Assembly (NCBI RefSeq): GCF_009914755.1
Contig: NC_060936.1
DNA length: 64,000 nt
Direction: 5' to 3' (one strand)
Source of the DNA: the human T2T-CHM13v2.0 reference genome, Homo sapiens
A program made the translations under genes and the position numbers. Below, in pieces: positions 47,407-63,822 of this stretch; position 1 is the stretch's first letter; each line of letters starts with the position of its first letter. The notes beneath the pieces are model-generated. The model ran no database searches. It saw only the letters and a list, made by a program, of their open reading frames with translations, and was not told the DNA's origin.

Positions 47407-48335
47407 TACATTTTATACATGTGTAAATAAGAGTAATCATTATCACTTTATATGTGTGGACTAAAACTCTAAGCCATTTCCAAATATGCAAGTCTCATAT
47501 TTGAAAATATTGAGGGTAGGAACTGCTCGCAAGTTATTTTTTGCATTTAATACTCTTGCTAAATTATCCCCAAAGTATCTTTAATGAACATCTCAATTCT
47601 GTATTTCCCTGTATCTGTAATCTCCACTAAGTCATCCTATACTGTATTTTTCACATGTACACCTTCTGAATACTTAACTGCTCCCAGGCTTCATTTTCAC
47701 AGTGTAATTTTACCTACATGGATGTAGTTATCTTCTCTTTGCAAGAATTTTGTATTTTTATTTATATTAACCAGTTTAATTTGTTTATTCCTTTTTCAAG
47801 GACAGGGATTTGCTTCTTTTAAAGACAGAAATATGCTATTTCCTTTTAAAACAAGTAGCCATGATTCTGCTAACTAGTATATTCAACTGGACACATCATA
47901 GTCCTTTTCTTCCCTTCATGTAATGGGAAATAACATTTAAAAAAATCTAGTATATAGCAATCTGCCTTCTGTGTATATAGAATGAGAAAAATGATGACTC
48001 AGCTATTACTCTGATTCAGGCTATATAATTTGATCTTCCCAATTGGAAAAGATTATAAAGCTGATGCTAGCATCTTTTAGATTTTTCCCATGACTAGTTG
48101 TTAAAAAAATATTTATTTTTGAGTTCCTTTTTCCCTTTATGTATGTCTATGTTTTATGTTGGAGCTAGCAAGCTCAGTTATTGTCATAGCTCCATCAACA
48201 ATATTTACTAATGTCTATTGTCAGCTCCAAATCATGCTAGAAGGTGATGGGGAAGCAGAATAAATATCAGATATGGCCTTCCACCAAAGGCTCTGACAAT
48301 ATATTCAAGGAATTAAGATTAATATAAAGTACAGA

Positions 48336-48632
48336 GGCCAGGCGCAGTGGCTCATGCCTGTAATCCCAGCAGTTCGGGAGGCCAAGACAGGCGGATCACG
48401 AGGTCAGGAGATCGAGACCATCCTGGCTAACACAGTGAAACCCCGTCTCTACTAAAAATACAAAAAAATTAGCCAGGCGTGGTGGTGGGCACCTGTAGTC
48501 CCAGCTACTTGGGAGGCTGAGGCAGGAGAATGGTGTGAACCTGGGAGGTGGAGTTCTCAGTGAACCAAGATTGCACCACTGCACTTGCAGCCTGGCAACA
48601 GAGCGAGACTCTGTCTCAAAAAGAAAAAAAAA
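48336..48632 (+). mobile_element. AluY/Sc-like element with a perfect 21-bp TSD
   Basis: TSD AAGATTAATATAAAGTACAGA at 48315-48335 and 48633-48653. Confidence 0.97.
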
Positions 48633-48869
48633 AAGATTAATATAAAGTACAGAAAGCAAACAAATCAAGACACACCTAACAAACTCTTACACTGTGTAGA
48701 AGATGACAATTTATTTGTAAACTACATGGTGTCATCACCTATGATAAATACTCTACATTTAACTCTTGCATGCTGGCTTAAAAATCTGCACTAGGTTTTT
48801 AAGGGATGTTTGCAACTAGTAGATAGGAAGAACTTTGTGAATGAGACAATAACAATTAATAATAATTAT

Positions 48870-49080
48870 TATTGATTGAGTGTTGAGTGATCAGAACTCT
48901 TCTAAGCACTTTTTATACATTGTTTTAATTATAAGTACAAACTCATGATGTAGATATTTTAAGTACCCCATTTACAGCTGTAGAAACTAAGAACAGAGAC
49001 AGCAAATAAATTTGCCAGTGACACAATGGGGCTGGAGCTGGGATTTGAAACAAGCTTCTCTGGATTCAAAAGCAGGATTC
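48870..49080 (-). mobile_element. MIR relic
   Basis: 'ccccatttacagctgtagaaactaag..cagaga...ttgcc..tgacaca...gagctgggatttgaa' MIR core. Confidence 0.7.
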
Positions 49081-50337
49081 CCTTGCCATAATCTGGAGAG
49101 GGACAATTGGGAAGTCCAATTGGACTTGGATTGTTGTGTAGTCCAAGATACGTGGCCAGGACTAGAATATCAGTGATCAGAATATTGAGAAGGAGGTTAG
49201 GGTGTCAGGTGGCTATTGTAAGAGATGAAAAGGGAGCTGAAAATGGCTCTGATGTCTTCAGCTAGGACAACCAATATAATGGCAGTTATCAACTGAAGTA
49301 CTACAGTAGGAGGAACAACTGGTGGAGAGGGAAGCAATACTTTTTGTTTTGATAATACTGAGTTTGAAGGTTGTACTCAGATGTTTGTATGACATTGTGA
49401 AGTAAGATTTGATCAAGTTACCAGGTGAAGATTGAGAACAGAAACTTAGGAAATTCTTGAGGCTGAGGAAGAGAAACTATATAAATTGAGAGTTAGAAAT
49501 TGGAGTCAACAGGAGAATCCGAAAAGCAAAGTGTACTAAAGAAGGGTGACGAGAAGGTTTTTCAGAGGATGAGGATCAACAGTGCCAAGTGCTACAGAGA
49601 AAAGACTGATAAGACAACTGAAGAGCACTTTGGTGATCAGGGTATCATTAGCCCCTTTTATGAGGGCAATTTCACAGGAAAGTTTGTTGTTTCATTTTTG
49701 ACATGGAGAAATCTGAGCATGTTTGAAGGTTGTTTTGGACAAAGAATTGGATGTTATGGAGGGACCAGGTTTTGTGCAACCTCAGGTTGAATCGTAGTAT
49801 GCATATGGAATAGCCACACTTCACTTCCTGGGCAGAAGTCTGGCAGTGTGATTAAGCAAGAACCCATTTAATTTCTCTGCTTGCAGCAAAGTCTCATTAA
49901 TCACACTGAATAAGAAAAACCTTAATTTGTCCCTCCAGTACAGGATGGCAGAGTGACTGCACATCCACATGAAATAACTCAGAGATGAAAACAGTCCTGC
50001 TAGAAGCAATGAGCTACGAGCTGTATACTAGGGGTAAATGCTCTCTGTGACTACTGAGAATGTTAAATATGTCAGAGTCCCTAATTTGCTTAGCACTGCA
50101 TCTGCAGAATTAGCAGTTTCCATTCTCTGCTTCATTTACTTGACATTAATACTTCCAAAGGTAAACTTTTTTTAAAGGGGATTAGATAGACTCTTATCTG
50201 CTAGATAGAAACAATGGCTTATTCATTGGGGGTTGGCTTCATTATAAGACCCCAAATTGTCAACTCTCAGAGCTAGGAAAGGACGAGAGAAGAACCAAAC
50301 CAAAAGGATAGATCTAGACCATTTAGGATACACACCC

Positions 50338-50755
50338 TGCCCTAGTTTGTTTTATGCTGCTATAACAATACAACAGATGGGGTAATTTATATAGAACAGA
50401 AATTTATTTCTGAAATATATAGAACAGAAATATATTCTGTTCTATACAGTTGTGTAGGCTGTGACATTCAAGATCAAGGTGCTGGAAGGTTCTGTCTCTT
50501 GTTGCAAGATGGTGCCTTGTTTCTGTGTCCTCCAGAGAGGAGGACCATGTATCTGCACATGGCAGAAGAACAGAAGGACAAAAGAGAACAAACTCACTCC
50601 CACAAACCCTTTGTTTTAGCACCATTTGTCCATTCATGAAAGCAGAGCCCTCCTAACCTAAGCATCTTCCAAAAGGCCCCACCTTCCAACACTGTTGCAC
50701 TGGGGATTCAATTTTCAACACGTGAATTTTGGGAGGCATGTTTCAGACCTTAGTA
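50338..50755 (-). mobile_element. MLT1A/MST-type MaLR LTR
   Basis: 'tgctgctataaca...ggtaatttata..gaacagaaatttatt...caagatcaaggtgctgg...cattcatga..gcagagccctc...tttcaacacgtgaattttggga...ttcagacc.tag'. Confidence 0.85.
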
Positions 50756-51904
50756 CATATGTATCTTCAAAAATAATAGATTTATAGATATTTGTGTCTT
50801 GGAGCTTTAGCCATGGAGAAGTCTCACCTTCTCAGGCCTGGACACAGAGTTGTATCCTTAATTGAAGAAAGGAAATGACTCAAGCCTGAGGAATTGCAAC
50901 TATGTGGGACCTACCACAAGGAGATAGTGAAGAGGGATTGTCAAAATAGCAAACTGATAGAAAGTATTAATCTGAACCATGTGACATTGCTGATATTTGC
51001 TTTGACTTATGAAAATGGTGATTCCATATGATTAAAGTAATGGGGAGTGGGGAAAGAAGACAGGTTGGTTGGAGACCTCAGATTGACCAATAAATTGTTG
51101 GTTCTTTGAGAATATTTATAACTCTTTAATAGAAGTGCATTAAAAGGGTAGTCTTGGCAATTTACCTATCTTGTGGAACAGAAAATGAAGGGATGTTATG
51201 GTCTCTACATGACCATCTGCAGTCTTGCTTCCTCCAAGCTGTTTCTGAGACCAGTAGAAAATCTTTAAGGAGCATTTTGTGTTTTGAGAGGCTTTCATAT
51301 ACTTCGACAATTTTTGTTTATAGACGCTTATTAGAATCCCATAGAAGCTATTGACTCCTCTTCCATAGGAAAATGAACATATGTACATACCTTAATTTAA
51401 TTTCAGAATATCCATGAACTCCTCTGAAGTTCGAGTCAGGAACTCCGTATCTATGAAATTAACATATAATCTTCTCAAGTAGTGATACAACCAACGAAAA
51501 CACTGGATGAGAGTGATACTCTTTAAAGGTCTCTGGGTAATACATAAAGAGCTTCTGGGTCAGAGCTAATCCTTCCATCTTTGGAGAAAGGTCAGTTGTA
51601 CTCAGGGTGCTATGTCCTATAAATCATGACATTTATGTCCAGTCTAGAGTCTGGTTTATAGGGCAAGGCATAAATAATTAAGGACAGTGAAGCATTTCTC
51701 CCCAGTAATTTCCCCTGTATATGGTCATAATCAGATTTCAGTTATCATTATATTCACTTGTTAACACTTGGATTTAGCTCATTTATTTATAACAAATGGA
51801 GAAAATTAGAAACAGCTAGTGTTACATTCTAGGCTCATCCATTAGGGCAACCAGGCAGGTTGGTATTGAAAAATAGCCTTGTCTGAGATAATGTCTATCG
51901 AAGG

Positions 51905-52097
51905 ACCATGTATCAGTTCTAAATCCTGGCCGCAGATTAGAATTACTTGGCTGCAGATTAGAATAACTAAAACACAACAGTGCTCAGCCCAAATCAAGGC
52001 CAATTGAATCAGAATCTCTGGAAGTGTGACCAGACATTGGTTTCATTCAAAATCATCCCAAGAAGTTCTACTGTATATTTAGGGTTAGTAACCACTG
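51905..52097. mobile_element. MER5A hAT-Charlie relic with an internal 20-bp duplication
   Basis: 'attagaat.ac...tgaatcagaatctctg...agggttagtaaccactg'. Confidence 0.7.
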
Positions 52098-54971
52098 GAT
52101 TTGAGTAATGTTAGATGGTGGTGTGAATAAGATGGAGAAAGGCAAGATGGCAGCCTATCCTTACAGGTGAGGCCTACAGAATGATGGTACATCTCTAGCA
52201 AGTAAGAATCAAGGAAGTCAGTCTGATCTGAATCAGATTGTATTTATAAGTAAATTTTCAATTATTAAAGGAGCGTCTGCCATAACACAAAGTCCTTCAT
52301 CTGAGGATCTTAAGGCATAGGACAATTATCCCATTTGGCTTTAAAGCAACATAATGTTTTGAAAATTGGAACAAAATAATGTGAGTTATAGAGAAAGGGG
52401 CATTGAGAAAGAAAAGGCCCATTTTTGAAGAGATTGTACACCCTCTTTTTTCATACTTTAAAACTTACGAAAGGGAAAACATTGGAAACCTCACCATCCC
52501 CTGTTCCAGTTTTACAATTTATCTCCCTTGAAGGTTGTCAATCTTATATGTTATGATAGTTAATTCATATATGAGCAATGTCTTTTATTGTTTTTTAATA
52601 CAAATGGAATTGTATAAATGCTATGCATACTATTCTGCATTTTAATTTTTTTTTCACTAAATAGTATATCCTGGATAACTGCTTATGTTTTAACAAGTTT
52701 TAAGTTTAAATGTTGCTGTCCCAAGCACTCATCCCTTGATAAAGACACATGACCTATAGTAGAAATTCAACAAATGCTATTTCTAGTTTTATCACTCTCC
52801 TGAAATAAACAAAACAACTCTCTGCATCACCTATCTGCTGAAATAAAATTTGCTACTAGTCGATAAAGGATGCTGCTGTCTTCACCTTAGAACTGCTGTG
52901 GAAACATTCCTTGGGTGACATTTCTCAAAAGTAGTGCTCAGAAAGAGACTAAATGTATTTCTAATCCTGCCACAAAAAAAGAGGCAAAACTGCAGTTGAC
53001 TCAAAAAGTTTTATATCAGTGTCTGGGAAATCACAAGTAGCCTTAACCTCAAGACCTGAAGAAATGGGATCATAGGATTAATCATAGGATTAATAATAAA
53101 GCAAATTTTTTTGCCCAAAGATTTAACTCTAGTGTTTAATTATAATTTTATTTTGCTAAGTGGTTGTATTTCACTGCTTTCCTGTGTTGAAAACTTAACC
53201 TCAGTAGCAAATATGTGAGAAGACAGTAACTGGTTTTCTGACTGGGGCCTTGTCATCTACAATACATATTAATACAATGAATCATAACTGGTAGAAAAGT
53301 ATATATGGATGTTAACATTAAGGCATTTTGGTAACTGTTTTGGTTTCTGTGCTTTGTACCATTGTTAGCCACATTATAAATCTTGCTAATATTAGCAATT
53401 GATGTTTTATAAATCTCTGAGGTTAAATTTTATAATTTCTAACAGCTGAAAGCTTAGAATTTTGGCTTCGTCATTGTAGACATCCCTTTCTGCCTTTATT
53501 ATCTAGGAAGCAACTAATAATGTAGACTTAGTTTGGGAGAAAGGAATTAAATAAACAACTGGTAACCACATTGATTTGAGTTTGAGGAGCTTTAAAGTTG
53601 GTATTTTTGGCTGCATTATTGCTTTTGGTGTGTATGTTGTTTGTTTAAAATCCCTGCATTCTTAGAATCTTCTTATTTCTAAATTGAATATTGTCTGGGT
53701 TATTTCCCCTTAATGAAAACCAAGTTCTAGAATCAACGTCTTTTTCTTTAGGCAGTTCAGTATGCTTAGTGTGTTACTGGCTACCTTTAAAAAGCATTGT
53801 GAAGAGATTTTATTGCTTATGTGTGCATGCTTGTCTATGTGTGTGTGCGTGTGCATGAAGGCAGGAGAGAATTTTAAATAAAATAAATAAGCCATTGAGC
53901 CACTTTTATTTACTGTTAATAATAAAAGATTCTTACAGGCTTTGCTTCAGCTTTCTGAAGCTACTAGTGGTGGTAGGTACTGAGAACATATAAGTCCTCT
54001 GTTTATTACTGCATTCTTTCTGTTTATTGGACACAAATAGCTTGCAGCATATATTATGCAATTTCTAATAATATTATCCCATACACATGAGAATGTATGT
54101 TCCATTAAAGCAGGACCTTATCCGGCTTATTCACAAAATCGTTCCCAGAATATTTATTAAATAAATAAATATACCAGTGTTGCTCACTTTATTATTTGTT
54201 TGTATGTAAACAACAGTTTCTGATGAAAGATCTTGTTCTATGCTGCATTATATTACCTGAAGTGTTTACATTATTCAGGGCTTAATATATATGTTAATCA
54301 TCAGACTATTTTTGAAACAGGTAATTTCCTTAATTTCATAATTGTTTTAATTGAATTTGACATTGAATAGAAGGTCTTAAGAAAGAAAAAACTAAAGTAT
54401 ATAAATATTAAGTTAATTTTAAATAGGAAAACATTTTATTCATAACATTGAATTATCTTCTGGGGAATGGACAATAAAACACAAAGCAATTGAACTTTTT
54501 CTATGTTCAATTAACTTATGAAAGAACATTGTGGGATTTTATGAATCGCTTCTTTACTATTCTAATAGTAATGCTACATTATCATGATTTTTATAATCCA
54601 TAAGTATAATATTGACGAAAATTAGTTTGGTACAGAGTCAGACTTGCAATAGAAGTTAAAATCCTATATTATAAAAAGTATGATGTAGTTTTTTTACTAA
54701 TACAGTCATATATTACTTAACAATGGAGATATGTTCTGAGAAATGTATCCTTAGGAGATTTTATCACTTTGTGTACATCATAGAGTATACTTACACAAAC
54801 CTAGTGGTATAGCCTACTACATAGCAGGGCTACATGGTATAGTCTATTGCTCCAAGGCTACAAACCTGTACAACATGTTACTGTGTTGAATACTGCAAGC
54901 AATTGTAACACAGTGGTATTTGTATAGCTAAATATATCTAAATATAGAAAAAGCGCAGTAAAACTATGGTA

Positions 54972-55302
<331 letters not shown>

Positions 55303-55423
55303 CTAAGACACTCGCTCTTTTAAAAGAGCAGACAAAATTTTGCCTATCACAGCAAGTTTACACTGATGTGTGCCTGCTGTATGAGCACATCCCAGCACAG
55401 TTGTTCTGTCCCTGGAATCCTTA

Positions 55424-55693
<270 letters not shown>

Positions 55694-57765
55694 TCAATAT
55701 TTGATCTGCATTTAATATCATTAAACATAAGAAATTGGAGGCACTGTAAAATACTGTGTCCTCCTTGTAGGTGGTCTTACATGGTATATCATTTTAATTA
55801 TGATATTAATATCACCCTTTAATGAGTAATTATTTTCTCATGACACTGGCACTGTCGTAGAATTCAATTTCAGTTGGCTATAAAATATCTTTCTTCAGTG
55901 GAGGTTAAATTATCCTACATTATTATCTCAGTGCCTTTAGCTTATTGAGAAAATATTGGCAAAATGATTTATTCTTATTTAGCAGGCAAGTAAATGGAAG
56001 CATAGACAGGGTAAGTCAGTTGCACAAGGTCAATTAATAAATCATTTTCACTTGGGTGAGATCACGTTTTCTAAGGCACAGTGTCATACTCAAGGAACTG
56101 ATCAGTGCCTGAGACATATCAAAAAAGTAAAAATAAAATGTTTACCTTGTTTGTTAGAAAGAATAAAGTTGTAGACTCATTTCAGACTGATGTACTAAAG
56201 CCTTCAAAATTTGTGAGTGAAATTATGTACATGTGTTGCCAGGCTGTATTTTGCAGCTTTTTGTATTATTTGCATGTGTTGATTTGTATGAAGAGTAATG
56301 AAATAATTTGAAATAGTGCTTTAGACTAAACAGTTGTGATAATAAAAATGAATTTTCAGCTGCAGGAAATACTTTCTTGGTATTAAAAGAGCAAAATAGA
56401 AAGCAATAGAACATAAAACAGATTGAAATAGTTTTTTTTAAGAAAAGAGGAACATAATTACACTAAATAATATTAAAGAAAACCATTTAAAAATAATAAA
56501 AAAATAGTGTCCTATCAATGATCTAATCAATGAGTATTGAATCTAAATTATTGGACAACTATCTTATACCTCATTTATAGTCCATTCCTTTTTCTAAATT
56601 AAGAAAAAATTAATAGGTCTAACTGTCATGATATCATCATTTTTTTGTTGTTCCCTATTTGGGGACATTGTTGAGTTTGCTACTAGCAAATCCTTTGCTC
56701 TTTTTACCTTAGTTCAGTGTTTCCTACATGTCATTTACAGAGTTTCATGGGAAACAGAGATCGAGAATTTAATCACAGAGGTTTAGGAAATATTAGATAC
56801 AGTTACCCTTCTCGTAGAAATTAGTAATACATCTTAACCCTTTTAAGGTTTCAAGAAATGATCTAAGATTAAAACACCCTGTTGCCATTTGTTTGCCTCC
56901 AACTTCCACAAACGGATTTTGGATATATATATATATCCAAGACATTTATTAACATTGCAGGCATCTTGCTTTAGAAACACAGGAAGAGGTAGCAGTGATG
57001 AGGACTGATTATGGAAGAAGGGGATGTGGCTTGGCCAAGATAGGTTTTATGGGTTAGTTAGAATGTTTGGAAAGTTACTGACTTATTTCAGTAACTTGCC
57101 TATTTTCCACTTTTCAGAAACATCAACTAAACCTTTCTTTGTCTTTTGAATTGTATGGCTTGCCAAATTGTGAGATTTTTATGCATGATTTTCCATTGAA
57201 CATATACAATGTTATTTTGAGTCTGTGGAAAACATGCACTTTGGCACATCTTATTGGATTATTTTTAATTCATAGGAGTTACTTTTCTTGGAGTGAGACA
57301 TTTAACTGAAAAGGTCATTGCTCAGGAATCACTGCTTTTTCAGATTTTTCTTTTTTCTCAAATGTTTTGAGAAATACTGTTGTCATTTTTAATAGTGATC
57401 ATGAAAAATACATTAAAGTTCAAAATTCATAACAACCATATATAGTTTTTTTTGGCAAATACAAGAATGTTTTATATTCTTAATTTGAATGTGGTATGTA
57501 TTTTTAATTCTTTATTTTTCAAAACTTGATGAAGAAAAAATTGTAATTTGAAAGGTTTTAGGATACTAAAATGGAGCAAACAGTCTCTGTTATGCCTGGG
57601 TATTTGGTTTGCTTTATTTGTGATAGAACATGGAAATATTTTAAAACTAAGATTTGTTGAAAACCCCTTATTATTAATATTGTTGTGTTAAATGTATAAC
57701 TATTGAACTGTCAGTGAAATATGACACATTTTATCCAGTGACATTTTAAATGAATCTCATTGTAG

Positions 57766-57917
57766 GGGAAGCCTGTGGGAACACCAGATGCTGGCGCTTA
57801 TTTCCGTGTGCTTGCAGAGCATGGAGTAGCTGCCTTGTTTACAGCACCAACTGCAATTAGAGCAATCCGTCAACAGGACCCTGGGGCAGCTTTGGGGAAG
57901 CAGTACTCTCTGACAAG
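57766..57917 (+). CDS. ACSS3: ACSS3 internal coding exon (probably exon 8), 152 nt, phase 0-2
   Basis: Acceptor ttgtag|GGG, donor AAG|gtgacg. Translates GKPVGTPDAGAYFRVLAEHGVAALFTAPTAIRAIRQQDPGAALGKQYSLT(R), with the conserved 'FTAPTAIR' motif. Confidence 0.96.
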
Positions 57918-59274
57918 GTGACGTTGGGATGCACAGGGCAAATGACATTAGAAAGTGCAATCAAAATGAATAAGTGAACATTATTTTTTTTCTGGTACTG
58001 GAATACTCTTATAGGAAGAGCCAAAAGATTCAGAGTGTTATTAAGAACAACTTGTCTAAATATAATTTTGAAATAGTTGGAATTTTAACTCTGCTTAGAG
58101 ATTTTAAAATATTATATCATGTTAATTTCAGTTCAAATATTATGAAAATATTTCTTTTTAAAATCACTCTTGTTATATTTTCCTTAAAAGGTAAAATGCC
58201 AATTCTGACTTAAAATGCACAGATAGATGGATACAGATGTACTAACATCTGCCTTTTGAAAATAGAAGAATGGGTTAAATGAAGGGGCAATATTTGAATG
58301 CATGTATACAGATAAAATGTGAAAAATTATAGTCCAAATTAAATATATTAAAAAAGTGAAGAACAAAGAGACTTAGGTAAACACAGAATAATAGTGGGAG
58401 ACATCAGGACCACACTGACAGTATTCAATAGATGATTGAGGCAGAAAACTAACAAAGATATTTGGGACTCCACACTCAATCAAATGGACCTGACAGACAT
58501 CCACAGAACACTCCACCCAGCAACAACAGAATATTCATTCTTCTTATCTGCGTATGAGAAATACTCTAAAATCTACCATGTGCTCAGCCATAAAGCAATT
58601 CTCAACAAATTAAAAAAACATACCAGTGACACTCTCAGACCACAATGAAATAAAAATAGAGATTAATATCAAGAAGCTCTCTGAAAATCATACAATTACA
58701 TGGAAATTAAACAATCTGCTCCTGGGTGACTTTTGGGTAAACAATGAAATTAAGGTAGAAATCAAGAAATCCTTTGAACTGAATGAAAACAAATGTACAA
58801 TATACCAGATTCTCTGGGTCATAACTAATGTAGTGATAAGAGGAAACTTTATAGAACTACATGCCCATAAAAAAGTTAGAAAAATCTCAAATTAACAATG
58901 TAATGTCACACCCCGAGGAACTAGAAAAACCAGAGCGGACCATTCCCAAAGCTAGCAGACAAAAGAAATCAACCAAATTAGATCTGAACTGAAAAAAATT
59001 TAGATGCTAAAAAACCATATGAAAGATCAATAAAACCAAAAGTTGAGTTTTTAAAGAATAAAAATCTTGATAGGCCACTAGCTAGACTATTTAAAAAAGA
59101 GAGAAGATCCAAATAAACATAATCAGAAATGACAAAGGGAACATTAGCATTGATTCAACAGAAATGTAAAAAATCCTGAGACAATTACAAATACCTCTAT
59201 GCACACAAAGTAGAAAACCTAGAAGAAATGGATAAATTTCTGAAAACATACAATCTCTTGAGATTGAACCAAGA

Positions 59275-59661
<387 letters not shown>

Positions 59662-60458
59662 CTACCAACCAGAAAAAGCCCTGGACGAGATGAATTCACA
59701 GATGAATTCTACCAACATAAAGAAGAGCTGGTACCAAACCTACTGAAACTATTTCAAAAAGTTGAGGGGGAGGGATTCCTTCCTAACTCATTCTATAAGG
59801 CAAGCATCATTCTGATACCAAACTCTGGCAGAGATGCAATGAAAAAAGAACTTTAGGCCAGTATTCCTAATGAACATAGATGCAAAAATTCTCAACAAAA
59901 TACCAGCAAACTGGAACGAGCAGCACATCAAAAAGCTAATCCACCATGATCAAGTAGGCTTTACTCCTGGAATGCAAGGTTGGTTCAACATATGCAAATC
60001 ACAAAATATGAGTCATCACATAAAAATAACTAAAAACAAAAGCTGTGTGATTATCTCAATAGATGCAGAAAATGACATAAATAAAATTTAGTATCCCTTC
60101 ATTTTAAAACCCCAAACAAGGCATCAAAAGAACATACCTCAAAATAATAAGGCTCATCTATAACAAATCTACAGCCAACAATATACTGAACAGGGAAAAG
60201 CTGGATGGATTCCCTTTGTAAACCACAACAAAACAAGGATGTGCACTGTCACCACTCCTATTCAACATAGTTCTGGAAGTCCTTGACAAAGTAATCAGTC
60301 AAGAGAAAAAAATAAAAGGCATCCAGAAGGAAAAGAGGAAGTCAAACTATCTCTCTTTGCAGATAATATGATTCTATACTTAGAAAACCCTATAGTCTCT
60401 GCCCAAAAGCTCCTAGATCTGATAAACAACTTCAGTAAAGTTTCAAAAATCCAAAATC

Positions 60459-61464
60459 AAGAGCCTCTGCACAGCAAAAGAAACTACCATCACAGTGAAC
60501 AGGCAACCCACAAAATGGGAGAAAATTTTCACAACCTACTCATCTGACAAAGGGCTAATATCCAGAATCTACAATGAACTCAAACAAATTTACAAGAAAA
60601 AAACAAACAACCCCATCAAAAAGTGGGCGAAGGACATGAACAGACACATCTCCAAAGAAGACATTTATGCAGCCAAAAAACACATGAAAAAATGCTCACC
60701 ATCACTGGCCATCAGAGAAATGGAAATCAAAACCACAGTGAGATACCATCTCACACCAGTTAGAATGGCAATCATTAAAAAGTCAGGAAACAACAGGTGC
60801 TGGAGAGGATGTGGAGAAATAGGAACACTTTTACACTGTTGGTGGGACTGTAAACTAGTTCAACCATTATGAAAGTCAGTGTGGCGATTCCTCAGGGATC
60901 TAGAACTTGAAATACCATTTGACCCAGCCATCCCATTACTGGGTATATACCCAAAGGACTATAAATCATGCTGCTATAAAGACACATGCACACATATGTT
61001 TACTGCAGCACTATTCACAGTAGCAAAGACTTGGAACCAACCCAAATGTCCAATAATGATAGACTGGATTAAGAAAATGTGGCACATATACACCATGGAA
61101 TACTATGCAGCCATAAAAAATGATGAGTTCATGTCCTTTGTAGGGACATGGGTGAAATTGGAAATCATCATTCTCAGTAAACTATCTCAAGGACAAAAAA
61201 CCAAACACCGCATGTTCTCACTCATAGGTGGGAATTGAACAATGAGAACACATGGACACAGGAAGGGGAACATCACACTCTGGGGACTGTTGTGGGATGG
61301 GGGGAGGGGGGAGGGATAGCATTAGGAGATATACCTAATGCTAAATGACGAGTTAATGGGTGCAGCACACCAGCATGGCACATGTATACATATGTAACTA
61401 ACCTGCATATTGTGCACATGTACCCTAAAACTTAAAGTATAATAATAATAAAATAAAAAAAAAA
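60459..61464 (+). mobile_element. Young 5'-truncated L1 (L1PA3-like), about 1 kb, nested in the older L1
   Basis: Near-intact ORF2 C-terminus (ORFs 60495, 60879). 3'UTR GCTAAATGACGAGTTAATGGGTGCAGCACACCAGCATGG, G-tract and poly(A). Confidence 0.93.
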
Positions 61465-62492
61465 CATTTCTATACACCAATTATATCCAAGCTGAGAGCC
61501 AAATAAAAAATGCCATCCCATTCACATTAGCAATGAAAAGAATAAAATACCTAGGAATACACCTACAGGTAGGTGAAAAATCTCTACAATTGGAATTACA
61601 GAACACTACTGATAGAAATTAGTGATGACACAAATGAATGGAAAAGCATTCCATGCTCATGATTAGGAAGAATCAATATTGTAAAAATGGTCATACTGTC
61701 TAAAGCAATTTACAGATTAAATGATATTCTTATCAAGTTACCAATGACACTTTTCACAGAAGTAGAAAAAAACTATTCTACAATTCATATGGAACCAAAA
61801 AGAGCTCAAATAGCCAAAGCAATTTGAAACAAAAAGAACGAAGCCAGAGGCATTATACTACCTGACTTCAAACTATATTACAAGGCTACATTAACTAAAA
61901 TGGCATAGTACTGCCTCTGAAACAGACACATAGACCAGAGGAACAGGTTAGAGAACCCAGAAATAAAGCTACAGATGTACCACCATCTAATCTTTGACAA
62001 ACTTAACAATAACAAGCAATTGAGAAAGGACTCCATTCAATAAATGGAGCTAGGATAACTGGCTAGCCATATGCGTAAGGTTAAAACCAGACCCCTTCCT
62101 TTCACCATATACAAAAATCAACTCATCATGAATAAAAGACTTAAATATAAAACCTAAAACTATAAAAATCCTAGAAGAATTTATACAAAATAGCATTCTG
62201 GACATAGGCCCTGGCAAAGATTTCATGATGAAGACTCCAAAAGTAATTGCCAAAAAAAAAAAAAAAAAGAAAAAGAAAAAAAAACACAAAAAAAAACCCA
62301 GAAACTGACAAGTGCAATTAAACTAAAAAGCTTCAGGACAGCAAAAGAAACTATCAACAGAGTAAACAGACAACGTAGAGTATGGGAGACAATATCTGCC
62401 AACTACGCGTCAGAGAAAGATCTAATATCTGGAATATATAAGGAGCTTAAACAATTCAACAAACAAAAACCAAACAACCCCATTAAGAAATG

Positions 62493-62944
<452 letters not shown>

Positions 62945-63418
62945 GGCAAAGACATGTGATCAAGCTAAATGCCCATCAGTGGTGGACTGGATAAAGAACA
63001 TTTGGTACATATACACCATAGAATACTACACAGCCATAAAAAGAGTATCATGGCCTTCATGGCAATATGGATAGAGGTGTAGACCATTATCCTAAGCAAA
63101 TTAATGCAGGAACAGAAAACCAAATACTGCATGTTTACTCTTCTAAGTGTGAGCTAAACATTGAGTATGCATGGACACAAAGAAGGGAACAATAGACACA
63201 AGGGGTAGAGTGTGGAGGATCAGGATCAAAATACTACTTCTCAGGTACTATGCTCGTTACCTGGATTACTTGATAATCTGTACACCAAACACCACAACAC
63301 ACAATTTACCCATGTAACAAATCTGCACATGTGACCCCTGAACCTAAGATACAAGTTGGATAAAACAAAGTGAAGAAAAATATTTTATTTTTGTTTTGTA
63401 ATAATGTGCTTTGAATAG

Positions 63419-63822
<404 letters not shown>

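Noticed and set aside
56919-57097. Short palindromes TTGGATATATATATATATCCAA and AAGTTACTGA...TCAGTAACTT
   Set aside because: The first is mostly a (TA)n core and the second has only a 10-bp stem; expected by chance in 64 kb of AT-rich DNA.
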